Source: an uncultured Bacteroidales bacterium
Lineage (GTDB): Bacteria; Bacteroidota; Bacteroidia; Bacteroidales; UBA12077
Length of the DNA: 64,000 bases
Direction: 5' to 3'
Assembly: GCA_964450375.1 (NCBI GenBank)
Contig: CAYVEW010000002.1
Span: forward strand, 8,449-72,448
Part shown: in pieces, positions 18,837 to 27,458 of the stretch
How positions within the stretch are numbered: the first letter of the stretch is position 1
Layout of the letters: every line of letters starts with the position of its first letter
Position numbers and translations under genes: made by a program
The notes under the pieces: model-generated
Told to the model about the DNA's origin: nothing
Database searches by the model: none
What the model saw: the letters and a program-made list of their open reading frames with translations, nothing else

Positions 18837-20714
18837 TTATGGTAAAATTACCTGATCAATTACATGGATAACACCATTTGTTGCAAAAATATCAGTACTT
18901 ATAATGCTTGCATCCGATGTTCCAAGCTCCAATGCCGCATCTGAATCAGTAATCGTAAGTTCGCTTAAATTAAGTGTTATATCGCCACCTAATGTTGTAA
19001 CCACATTGCTTGCAAGGTTAGGTAAATCTGTTGAGAATACCCTTGCTCCCACTACATGGTATTTTAATACAGCTTCGATGGTTGATATTCCTACAGCATT
19101 TACCAAAGCATCAAAATCGGCAACTTCGGCTAAAGTATACAGCGCATCGAATGCTTCATCGGTTGGTGCAAATACTGTGAATGGGCCATCGCCACTTAAA
19201 ATAGTTACTAAAGCATCAGTACTACCATCTTCTTCAACTGCAGTTAACGCAGCTACTAACTGGCCGAATTCGGCACCTTCTGAAGCTTGTGAAGCTTGCA
19301 CAGCTATTTCTACGATATTTTTTGAAGCAGGAACCAATGTACGGTCAATTACGTGTACAACACCATTGTCATAGTCTAAAGCACCTCCCGATACAGTAGC
19401 TACGGTAACTTTTGTTAAACCGTTAATAAATGCTTCGTTATCATTAATACTTAAGTAAAAGTCTCCATTCAAGGTTGTAACTGCTGAACCAGTTGCTGGT
19501 AAACCGTCACCAAATACTTCACTTTCTAAAACGTGGTAGGTTAAAATCGGTACCAGGTCATTGGCTGTTAGTCCATCAAGACTTGTTATTCCTGCTTCTT
19601 CGAAAGCATCATTGTCCGGTGCAAATAATGTATAATTTGCTTCGGTATCTATTAAGGTATTTAACAAACCAGCTTTAACAACAGCTGCTGTTAAAATAGA
19701 GAAATCATCATTGAAATATGCAGGTTCAACAATCGTATTAACGATACTTAATTCTAATTCGGGAACAAGAACGGCATCAATTACATGTACCACACCGTTG
19801 GATGCTTCAATATTTGCAGATGTAACATTGGCATTATTGATCATTACTGAACTTCCTGAAATACCAACAGTTATTTTGTCATCAGCACTTAATAGAGTTG
19901 CTGCCATTTGTCCGTCACTCAGGTCGGTTGACATTAGAGCTGAACCTGAAATTACATGGTATTTTAATAATCTTTCTATTACATCTTCTGGTATATCTTC
20001 TAAACTACTTTGTCCGATTACACCCAATAATGCAACAAAAGCATCGTTTGTTGGAGCGAATACAGTATAACTGCCATCAGCGCTTAATGCATTTACTAAA
20101 TCAGGAAACATGGTTAGTGCATCCACCAAAATACTTAAAGATGGAGTTTCTGAAGCAATGCTTACAATGCTTGGTTTTGGGAATTCAAAACCTTCTGGAA
20201 TCAATACTTCATCAATAATATGAATTACTCCATTGGAAGCTTCCACATCGGCATTGGTAACGGTAGCTGAGCTGTTCAGGCTAACAGTGCCTCCTGATAT
20301 GCTTACATTGATTGATTTGCCGGATAATAAGCTTTCCACATTACCATCCGATAAGTCGGTTGACATTACCTTGCCACTTACAACATGATATTTTAGAATA
20401 TCTGCTAAGGATGATGGATTGTCAAGTAAAAGTTGTAAAACACCTTCATCCAACTTATTAAAAGCTTCGTTTGTTGGTGCAAATACAGTAAAAGGTCCAT
20501 CGCCTTGAAGAGTGGTAACCAAATCAGCAGTGGTAAGTGCTGTAACTAAAGTAGAGAAATCTGAGTTAGCTGAAGCAATCGCTACAATACTCGTAAGTTC
20601 TTCTTCCAACACATCATTTATTGGATCCTCGTCTTCTTCACATGAAGTGAGACTAAAAATTGCAATTAAAGCTATTGCAAAAATGCTTAAAAATTTTTTC
20701 CCGTTTGTTTTCAT
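18837..20714 (-). CDS. fasciclin (FAS1) domain lipoprotein with four FAS1 repeats
   Basis: 625 aa. Lipobox FSLTSC. Four repeats each carry TVFAPTN(E/D)AF and NGV(I/V)HVID..L(I/V)P motifs. Confidence 0.9.
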   Translation of the reverse strand: MKTNGKKFLSIFAIALIAIFSLTSCEEDEDPINDVLEEELTSIVAIASANSDFSTLVTALTTADLVTTLQGDGPFTVFAPTNEAFNKLDEGVLQLLLDNPSSLADILKYHVVSGKVMSTDLSDGNVESLLSGKSINVSISGGTVSLNSSATVTNADVEASNGVIHIIDEVLIPEGFEFPKPSIVSIASETPSLSILVDALTMFPDLVNALSADGSYTVFAPTNDAFVALLGVIGQSSLEDIPEDVIERLLKYHVISGSALMSTDLSDGQMAATLLSADDKITVGISGSSVMINNANVTSANIEASNGVVHVIDAVLVPELELSIVNTIVEPAYFNDDFSILTAAVVKAGLLNTLIDTEANYTLFAPDNDAFEEAGITSLDGLTANDLVPILTYHVLESEVFGDGLPATGSAVTTLNGDFYLSINDNEAFINGLTKVTVATVSGGALDYDNGVVHVIDRTLVPASKNIVEIAVQASQASEGAEFGQLVAALTAVEEDGSTDALVTILSGDGPFTVFAPTDEAFDALYTLAEVADFDALVNAVGISTIEAVLKYHVVGARVFSTDLPNLASNVVTTLGGDITLNLSELTITDSDAALELGTSDASIISTDIFATNGVIHVIDQVILP

Positions 20715-20908
20715 AATTTGATTGTTTTAAAATTAAATTCATTTGATAACGATATGAAAACATGGAAAAATAAATTATGTTTAAATTTTATAATCAAATA
20801 ATAAACAAAAGTGTAAGCATTCTAAATAAATAAAAATCTGTATACTAGTAAATACAATAATTTTAAGTAAAAATTTATTGTTTAATATAAATTACTATTT
20901 TTTAAACA

Positions 20909-22267
20909 TTATTTAAATAATCTACTTATTAAGGATGGAAATAAATAAATTACCACTAACAGAAATAAAACGAGAATAACCATTGAACTTAACCACTTAC
21001 CAAAACTTAAACCCCAATTTGGCAGTAAATTTTTAAAGCTTAAGCTTTTGTAATATGCTTTTGGAGCTTCCATTTCGGGAAGAATATCGCTTGGAATTTG
21101 TATATCCCAACTACCAACTATAAACAGTGGCATAAGGAACGTATACTCCACTTGTTCGTCGAATTTCTTGGTCCCCAGAAAACCTTTTTGTCGTGAACCA
21201 ATGTTTGCAGAATACAATTTGATATAATATTTTTTATTCCAGATATTTTCATTTTTAATGTTTTCCAGATCACTTAAAACATTTTGTACCGATTCATCTA
21301 AATCAGACGATACATTATGATCATTATCAAAAGGTTTATGATACAAAGGCGCGGCCATACCTTTGTAGGTTTGCAGATGAATTTTATTTTCATCCTTCGG
21401 GTGTTTTATAAGTTGATCGCAAAATACTGCCCCCACTGCAATATCAGGCATTTCGTTCTGTGTGTGGCCTGTTTTGATATACCATGGCGAAGCATTGGGG
21501 TTTACTTCTAAAACAAAAGTAATATCGCTGTATAAATGGTTTTTATATTCTTCCTTATGCTCCAAATCGTTCATCGAGATAAACCGACGCGAATCTTTAT
21601 ACCAATATCCGGGATATATCCTTTCATTTAAAGTTTCATCGCCCGGATCAACCTGTGGCTTATCCCGGTCGGCAAGTACAGTGATATTTACATTAAAACT
21701 GGTTAACCACAATTGCATTTCGATGAATTTATTTTGTATACCCAAACTATCAACAATTAACCGCTTTTTATAAGTTCGATAGGGCTTTGGTTTATCATCA
21801 ATACCGATTTTAACCAATGATTCCAATGCTGATTTTTCTGGTTGGTAGTAACTTACCGGCCCTACAGATATTTCAATATCGGGTAAGCCAAACATGGGAT
21901 GATCGGGGTCGAGTTTAGCTCCATTGCAAAAATAGGTGTAATAAGGCTTTTTATTTTGTTGCCTGAAAATGCTATCATAAACCTGGATTCCGGCCAATTT
22001 CACTTCTGCCCCTTCGAAATTCGATCCAATACAATCATCTACACGGATGGATTTGTTTTCGTCAAACTGAATGCGGTATTCATCATTTAACTGAGCAATA
22101 ATATCATTATATCTCTTCTCCGTAATGGCCTTATACTCTTTTATGTATCTCTGATACTCGGGATTTGGCTTTTTATTGGCTAATTCATTAAAATCAATAA
22201 TAATTCCGGCAATCCATAGAGTGGATAGAATGATTATTCCTAAGCGTATTTTATTCTTCATCATCAT
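20909..22267 (-). CDS. hypothetical protein with N- and C-terminal transmembrane anchors
   Basis: 452 aa. Hydrophobic segments at both ends (IRLGIIILSTLWIAGIII and SSMVILVLFLLVVIYLFPSLI). No domain recognised. Confidence 0.55.
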   Translation of the reverse strand: MMMKNKIRLGIIILSTLWIAGIIIDFNELANKKPNPEYQRYIKEYKAITEKRYNDIIAQLNDEYRIQFDENKSIRVDDCIGSNFEGAEVKLAGIQVYDSIFRQQNKKPYYTYFCNGAKLDPDHPMFGLPDIEISVGPVSYYQPEKSALESLVKIGIDDKPKPYRTYKKRLIVDSLGIQNKFIEMQLWLTSFNVNITVLADRDKPQVDPGDETLNERIYPGYWYKDSRRFISMNDLEHKEEYKNHLYSDITFVLEVNPNASPWYIKTGHTQNEMPDIAVGAVFCDQLIKHPKDENKIHLQTYKGMAAPLYHKPFDNDHNVSSDLDESVQNVLSDLENIKNENIWNKKYYIKLYSANIGSRQKGFLGTKKFDEQVEYTFLMPLFIVGSWDIQIPSDILPEMEAPKAYYKSLSFKNLLPNWGLSFGKWLSSMVILVLFLLVVIYLFPSLISRLFK

Positions 22268-22383
22268 AATATATTAAGCATAACTATTAGTTATACAATT
22301 ACATGCAAAAATTTAGCAAGGTTAAAATGATCTTAAATTCGAAGGATCAAGATAAAATCTTTTTTAATACGAAACAAATTACT

Positions 22384-22968
22384 TTATACCGCTCTTTTGT
22401 TGGTGAAATTAAAATAAAACAGCACAGTCTCTAATGCTTTTTGGATTGCTTCATTAATAGGATAATAACTCGAAGAAAGTTTTAAATCAATGGCGTACAA
22501 TTTTGCGTAATAATTACTTGTTAAAGGTACTTTTAATGATTTATTGATTTGGATTAAGGTATTTTGATATTCCTGAGCCTGTTGTATTTTCGTGGTTTTA
22601 CAGGTAATTAATACTTTGTTTCCGTATTTATCGATGCTGGCCGAAAAACCAAAGAGCCTGCATATTAAACCACGGTAGTTATAGTAAGTACAAGCACCAT
22701 CTTTATTAAAAGGATTGTTTAAAATACAAACCGAATTGTGTTGATTGTTTTCGAGCTTTTCGAGCAAATCGTACGCCTGATGATTTTGGTATAAATGATA
22801 GGCCAATGGCATAAATTCCAGCAGGTTTGCATATATATCCGTTTTATTGCAACATAAATTACAATTACCGGTACATTTTAATTTTGATATTTTCTGAAAA
22901 TCAGCAATTTCTTTATCCAGCGTATGAAAAACATTTTCGACCGCTCTAACCTTTTTACTTATCGACAT
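22384..22968 (-). CDS. YkgJ family cysteine-cluster protein (UPF0153)
   Basis: 194 aa. CTGNCNLCCNK cluster plus a downstream C...C...RGLICRLFG pattern typical of YkgJ-type zinc/iron-chelating proteins. Confidence 0.65.
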   Translation of the reverse strand: MSISKKVRAVENVFHTLDKEIADFQKISKLKCTGNCNLCCNKTDIYANLLEFMPLAYHLYQNHQAYDLLEKLENNQHNSVCILNNPFNKDGACTYYNYRGLICRLFGFSASIDKYGNKVLITCKTTKIQQAQEYQNTLIQINKSLKVPLTSNYYAKLYAIDLKLSSSYYPINEAIQKALETVLFYFNFTNKRAV

Positions 22969-23117
22969 AGATTGATTAAAAACACGAGCGAAATTAGCGA
23001 ATATTTGCTCATGTTGTTCAGGCGAATGGAAATTTTTATGGCTTGATTATCTGGTTGTTAACTAAATTTCAGTGGTATTTCACCGGAATAATTACAAAAA
23101 ACACATCGAATTTTCAT

Positions 23118-23747
23118 TTACTTCAACTTATCCTGAAATACCTTTTTAAACTTTTCAATTTTTGGTGTAATTACAAAATTACAGTACGATTGCCCTTTAT
23201 TGTATTCGTAATAATCCTGATGATAATCTTCGGCAACAAAAAATTTGTTAAACGCACTAATTTCTGTTACAATTGGCTTATTGTAAATGCCAGCTTCATC
23301 AAGCTTCTTTTTATAGGCTTCGGCCAGGTTCTTCTGTTCATTGTTATGATAAAAAATAACAGACCGGTATTGAGTTCCTACATCTGCCCCTTGCCTGTTT
23401 AGCGTTGTTGGGTCGTGTGTTTGCCAAAATACTTCTAAAAGCTCCGAATAGGTAATAGTAGCAGGATCATATTTTATTTGAATTACTTCGGCATGGCCGG
23501 TTTCGCCCGTACAAACTTGTTTGTAAGTAGGATTTTCTACAAAACCACCAGAATATCCTGATTTTACAGATTCTACACCTTTTAACCTACTAAATATTGC
23601 CTCGCTGCACCAGAAACAGCCCGAACCAAATGTTGCTAATTCCATTGTATTTTTATTTTGTGAATAAATATCATGGCTTAATAAAACCATAAATGTGATA
23701 GATATGATTATTTTTACCAATCGCATAGTATTTTTTGTATATAACAT
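23118..23747 (-). CDS. msrA: peptide-methionine (S)-S-oxide reductase, exported form
   Basis: 209 aa. Signal-like N-terminus. Catalytic GSGCFWCSEAIF, GYSGG..NPTYKQVCTGETGHAEVIQIKYDP and YHQDYY. Confidence 0.9.
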   Translation of the reverse strand: MLYTKNTMRLVKIIISITFMVLLSHDIYSQNKNTMELATFGSGCFWCSEAIFSRLKGVESVKSGYSGGFVENPTYKQVCTGETGHAEVIQIKYDPATITYSELLEVFWQTHDPTTLNRQGADVGTQYRSVIFYHNNEQKNLAEAYKKKLDEAGIYNKPIVTEISAFNKFFVAEDYHQDYYEYNKGQSYCNFVITPKIEKFKKVFQDKLK

Positions 23748-23783
23748 CGAAACATTTAAGAATGTTTAAATAGCAGGAAACAA

Positions 23784-24314
23784 ATGAACTTCAGAGAACA
23801 ATTGTTAGCGGAACTATCAAGAAAAAATGCAGATTATATTGCTTCGGTAGTAGATCATGATGAAAAATTATTTAAGCAAATTATTGATCTTGTTTTAAAC
23901 AACGAAAAATATGTTTCGGGCCGCGCAGCATGGGTTATGGAGATTCTGTGGTTAAAGTATCCTTATTTAATTAAGCCTTATATTGATCAATTAATTGATT
24001 TTCTGAAGATTTCAAATTATGATAATCAAAAAAGGCATATTACAAAAATATTATCAACCATTGATTTAAGAAGCTTAGATGAAGACAGACTCGGTATTTT
24101 GATTGATCGATGTTTTACATGGCTTGAAGATCCGGTTTATCCAACCGCAGTAAAAATGTTTTCGATGCAAATAATTGCAAATTATATTGAAATTGAGCCT
24201 GTTCTTGCCACTGAATTAATTGCAATACTGGAAAATCAATATGCAGATGGTACTCCCGGATTCAAAAACCGAGCGGATAAATTACTTAAAAAGCTCTATC
24301 AATTAATCGATTAA
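23784..24314 (+). CDS. hypothetical all-helical (HEAT/ARM-like) protein
   Basis: 176 aa. Helical repeat character only; no catalytic motif recognised. Confidence 0.5.
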   Translation: MNFREQLLAELSRKNADYIASVVDHDEKLFKQIIDLVLNNEKYVSGRAAWVMEILWLKYPYLIKPYIDQLIDFLKISNYDNQKRHITKILSTIDLRSLDEDRLGILIDRCFTWLEDPVYPTAVKMFSMQIIANYIEIEPVLATELIAILENQYADGTPGFKNRADKLLKKLYQLID

Positions 24315-24405
24315 AAATAAATATAAAAATATACATATGTAGATATTGTATATTAAAAATATTCTTATTTATTTTGCATCCGTTTTAACCAAACTTGCAT
24401 AAAAA

Positions 24406-24597
24406 ATGAATAGAAATATTGTAGTCAACGAAAGTTATTGTCCAAAGAATCATCCTTGTCCATCTACAGGTATATGTCCTGTAGGCGCCATCACCCAAAA
24501 AAGCCCTTTTAGTGCTCCGGAAATCGATTATAGTAAATGCACCGGATGTGGAATTTGTACCAGGTCTTGTATGGTTTTTCAGTGTACCAATTGTTAA
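24406..24597 (+). CDS. small 4Fe-4S ferredoxin-type protein
   Basis: 63 aa with Cys clusters CPKNHPCPSTGICP and CTGCGICTRSC. Followed by a hairpin terminator. Confidence 0.65.
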   Translation: MNRNIVVNESYCPKNHPCPSTGICPVGAITQKSPFSAPEIDYSKCTGCGICTRSCMVFQCTNC

Positions 24598-24601
24598 AAA
24601 T

Positions 24602-24626
24602 AAAAGCCGGAATTATCCGGCTTTTA
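24602..24626. terminator. bidirectional hairpin between convergent small genes
   Basis: aaaagccgg-aatta-tccggctttt, flanked by A-run and T-run. It overlaps the stop of the minus-strand 58-aa ORF. Confidence 0.6.
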
Positions 24627-24800
24627 TTTTGGTTCCCAATAACATCGTTTGGGTGAACTAATTTTTTCTTCTGCTTTTAGATCTTTCATTGCTTTGTCTA
24701 CTTGTTTTTTATCCAGGCCTGCTAATTCTGCTATTTCTCCTGCTTTTAATGCTTTTCCTGCCTTTTTCATGGCATCAAGTACTTTTTTTGTTGTGTCCAT
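24624..24800 (-). CDS. 58-aa winged-helix-like small DNA-binding protein (below the ORF-track size cutoff)
   Basis: Hand translation: [58 protein letters not shown]. The pattern (K.G..L.AGEIAE.AG.DKK.V.KA.K.LK.E.KI.SPKRCY) matches a small wHTH family I recall from Bacteroidota and Firmicutes. Confidence 0.6.
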   Translation of the reverse strand: MDTTKKVLDAMKKAGKALKAGEIAELAGLDKKQVDKAMKDLKAEEKISSPKRCYWEPK

Positions 24801-24942
24801 TTTGTGTAATTTTTAGAGTTCCTTAATCATAACGAAAAAAAAGCAAACTTGTTTAGTATTATTAGAAATATCTTAACTTTCATGGACTACATCACTCCTA
24901 ATTATTTATACATTAGCAATATAAGGTTTTTTAACAAATTAG

Positions 24943-25014
24943 TACGAAAATAATCGTAGATAAATTTGGTAGTACGAAATGAGTCGTATATATTTGTAGT
25001 ACGAAATGTTTCGT
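24943..25014 (+). promoter_or_regulatory. three BlaI/CopY-type operators (TACGA-N6-TCGTA) overlapping candidate -7 boxes upstream of the blaI-like gene
   Basis: There are three perfect dyads: tacgaaaataatcgta (24943-24958), tacgaaatgagtcgta (24973-24988) and tacgaaatgtttcgta (24999-25014). TAnnTTTG-type boxes taaatttg (24961-24968) and tatatttg (24989-24996) lie between them. The blaI-like ATG is at 25051. Confidence 0.7.
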
Positions 25015-25050
25015 AATGCATCAATATATATAATTATTCGTCTTTAAATT

Positions 25051-25470
25051 ATGAGTAAAAAAAGAAACTATCATCCAACAGAATCTGAACTGGAAATTTT
25101 ACAGTTACTATGGGAATTTGGACCTTCTACCGTTCGTTTCATAAACGAAAAACAAAATGAGCATAAAGACCTGTCTGCCGAACAAGCAGGCAAGGCAGGT
25201 GTTGGCTATACAACAACTTTGAAAATAATGCAGATAATGACAGAAAAAGGTATGCTGAGTGTTAATAAGGAAAGCCGGAAGCATGTATACGCTCCCAACA
25301 TAGATGAAAATGAAACAAAAGGTAAATTGTTAGATGGTTTTCTGAAGAAAACGTTCTCGGGTTCGGCAAGTAAGCTTGTTATGCAGGCATTAGGAAATCA
25401 TAAACCTTCCAGACAAGAACTTGATGAAATCAAGAAACTAATAAATGATATTGAAAATCAAACAGAGTAA
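25051..25470 (+). CDS. BlaI/MecI/CopY family transcriptional repressor
   Basis: 139 aa. N-terminal winged helix (ESELEILQLLWEFGPSTVRFI...YTTTLKIMQIMTEKGML) and a C-terminal dimerisation helix. Its stop lies 2 nt before the M56 gene start. Confidence 0.85.
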   Translation: MSKKRNYHPTESELEILQLLWEFGPSTVRFINEKQNEHKDLSAEQAGKAGVGYTTTLKIMQIMTEKGMLSVNKESRKHVYAPNIDENETKGKLLDGFLKKTFSGSASKLVMQALGNHKPSRQELDEIKKLINDIENQTE

Positions 25471-25472
25471 TT

Positions 25473-27374
25473 ATGAATATGAAAGCTTTATTTAACGATA
25501 ATATCATAAATGCCCTTGGATGGTCACTTTTTCATACCTTATGGCAAGGTATAATTCTGGCTGTTTTTATTGGAGTCATATTACATTTATTACGACACAA
25601 ATCATCACAGATCAGGTATTTCATTTCAGTTTCTACTATATTTATTATAGTAGGTTTATCTGTATATCATTTTATTCATCATTTCGATAACAGTTTTATA
25701 ACTGCAGATGATTATTCCGAACAAATCGGAATTACAACAATCAGCGAATCGCAATTTGTTGATCTTAGTGATTTAAATGCACATAACAAAAAGCAAATAA
25801 GCCTGAATTTAGTTGTTTCCAAAGTTCAAAAAATATCGAAATACTTTCCAGTTATTGTTAAGTTTTGGCTTATTGGAATACTTTTCTTCTTAGTAAAATT
25901 TATTGTAGGGTATTTCTATACACAACGATTAAGAACACATGGAATATGGACATTATCAGAAAACTGGATTCAAAAATTTGAGAAAATTAAATCTAATTTA
26001 AAGATTTCTAAAAAAATTCAGTATTTGGAATCGCAGGTTGTAAGAATACCCATGGTTGTTGGCTATTTTAAGCCTGTTATTTTAATTCCGACAGAAATGT
26101 TAACCGGAATTCCAACGGAACAAATTGAATCCATTATAGCGCACGAATTAGCTCATATAAAACGAAACGATTATATTATTAATGTATTACTAAGCATTAT
26201 TGAAACCGTGTTTTTCTTTCATCCCGCAGTTTGGTATCTTTCAAATAAAATTAGAGATGAACGCGAGAATTGCTGTGATGATATAGCTTTATCAGTTATT
26301 AACGACTCATTAGCTTATGCAAAAGCACTGGTTTCGATCCAAGAACTGACTCTGAACAAGCATTATTCCGCGGTGGCTTTTTCAGGTCGCAAAAAACATT
26401 TGTTAAACCGAATTAAACGTATGATTATGAAACCAAAAAGTAAATCAAACAGAACAGATAAAATCATTGCAAGCCTGGTTATTCTTTCGGCAATTATGAC
26501 CTTATCATTTACCTATTCAGCAACCAAAGAGGATAATCGTTTTAATCATCAAATGATTGAGCATGCTAAAACAGATCAATTAACTTCTGTTCAAACAACG
26601 ATTGAAGCAAGTCCGGTGGTTGTTTTGGACACCATTACAATTAATCATAAAAAGATTAATATACAGGATAATACAGTAATAAAAACCATTGAAAAAAACA
26701 ATGGTAAAAAACAGGTAATGAAGTTTACTTTGAAAAATGGGCAAATAACAGAACTGTATATTGATGGTAAAAAAATTCCTGAAAATGAGCATGAGCAGTA
26801 CCAAGCCGAAATTGATCAAACCATTAACGATTTAAAACATGCTAAAGACGATGTTCGAAAGGCTATGGAAGAAATTAAACAGTTGGATGTAGCAAAAATT
26901 CAAAAAGAAGTTGAAGAATCGATGAAAGATTTCCATGTGGATATGGAAAAAATGGAAATAGAAATGGCCAAAGCAATGGAAGATATCGAAAGTATTAATC
27001 TCAATGAAATCATGAAAACTGTTGAAATGAATCTGGATCAACTGGGAGATTTTCATTTCGACTTTGATATGGATGGCTTGCAAAAGGAAATGCACGAAGT
27101 AAGAAAACATATCAGAGAAAACATTGATACAGAAGAAATAAGGAGAGAAATGGAGAATGTCCGCAGATCCATTGAGCAAAATATTGATAAAGAAGAGATT
27201 CAAAAACAAATACAGAAAGCTCAGGAAGAGCTTTCAAAAATTGACATGGAGGAAATTAAACTCCAGGTTGAAAAAAACTTACAAGAGTTTGAAACATACG
27301 ATAAACAAAAAACCATCGACGAACTGGAAAATAAATTACAAGAGCTTGAAGAACTTGAATTAGAAGAAAAATAA
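25473..27374 (+). CDS. M56 family (BlaR1-like) membrane metallopeptidase/signal transducer with a coiled-coil C-terminus
   Basis: 633 aa. Multiple TM helices. Zinc motif IIAHELAHIKRNDY (HEXXH) and FFHPAVWY. The C-terminal ~290 aa has no SxxK/KTG penicillin-binding motifs and is an E/K/M/I-rich coiled coil. Confidence 0.85.
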   Translation: MNMKALFNDNIINALGWSLFHTLWQGIILAVFIGVILHLLRHKSSQIRYFISVSTIFIIVGLSVYHFIHHFDNSFITADDYSEQIGITTISESQFVDLSDLNAHNKKQISLNLVVSKVQKISKYFPVIVKFWLIGILFFLVKFIVGYFYTQRLRTHGIWTLSENWIQKFEKIKSNLKISKKIQYLESQVVRIPMVVGYFKPVILIPTEMLTGIPTEQIESIIAHELAHIKRNDYIINVLLSIIETVFFFHPAVWYLSNKIRDERENCCDDIALSVINDSLAYAKALVSIQELTLNKHYSAVAFSGRKKHLLNRIKRMIMKPKSKSNRTDKIIASLVILSAIMTLSFTYSATKEDNRFNHQMIEHAKTDQLTSVQTTIEASPVVVLDTITINHKKINIQDNTVIKTIEKNNGKKQVMKFTLKNGQITELYIDGKKIPENEHEQYQAEIDQTINDLKHAKDDVRKAMEEIKQLDVAKIQKEVEESMKDFHVDMEKMEIEMAKAMEDIESINLNEIMKTVEMNLDQLGDFHFDFDMDGLQKEMHEVRKHIRENIDTEEIRREMENVRRSIEQNIDKEEIQKQIQKAQEELSKIDMEEIKLQVEKNLQEFETYDKQKTIDELENKLQELEELELEEK

Positions 27375-27391
27375 GTTTTATGTCAAATAAA

Positions 27392-27433
27392 GAAAAGCAT
27401 GATAGAATTAAAATCTGTCATGCTTTTCTTTTT
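27392..27433. terminator. bidirectional intrinsic terminator between convergent genes
   Basis: Perfect 11-bp stem gaaaagcatga (27392-27402) / tcatgcttttc (27418-27428), followed by ttttt. Confidence 0.75.
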
Positions 27434-27458
27434 GTGATTCTAAATTTTAGTCAAATAA

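Noticed and set aside
18904-20218. Several plus-strand ORFs (156, 119, 106 aa) inside the fasciclin gene
   Set aside because: They are antisense shadows of an A/S/T/V-rich gene with four clear FAS1 repeats. They have no motifs of their own.
25168-25200. Possible in-frame hairpin-repeat insertion (DLSAEQAGKAG) in the winged helix of the BlaI-like repressor
   Set aside because: The DNA (cctgtctgccgaacaagcaggcaaggcagg) forms only weak, imperfect inverted repeats. It may simply be a family-specific loop, and I cannot judge this without an alignment.
26580-27363. Antisense (79 and 125 aa) and alternative-frame (68 aa) ORFs within the 3' half of the BlaR1-like gene
   Set aside because: They are produced by the GAA/AAA-rich coiled-coil coding region. 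The F/I/N/H-rich mirror translations are not protein-like.
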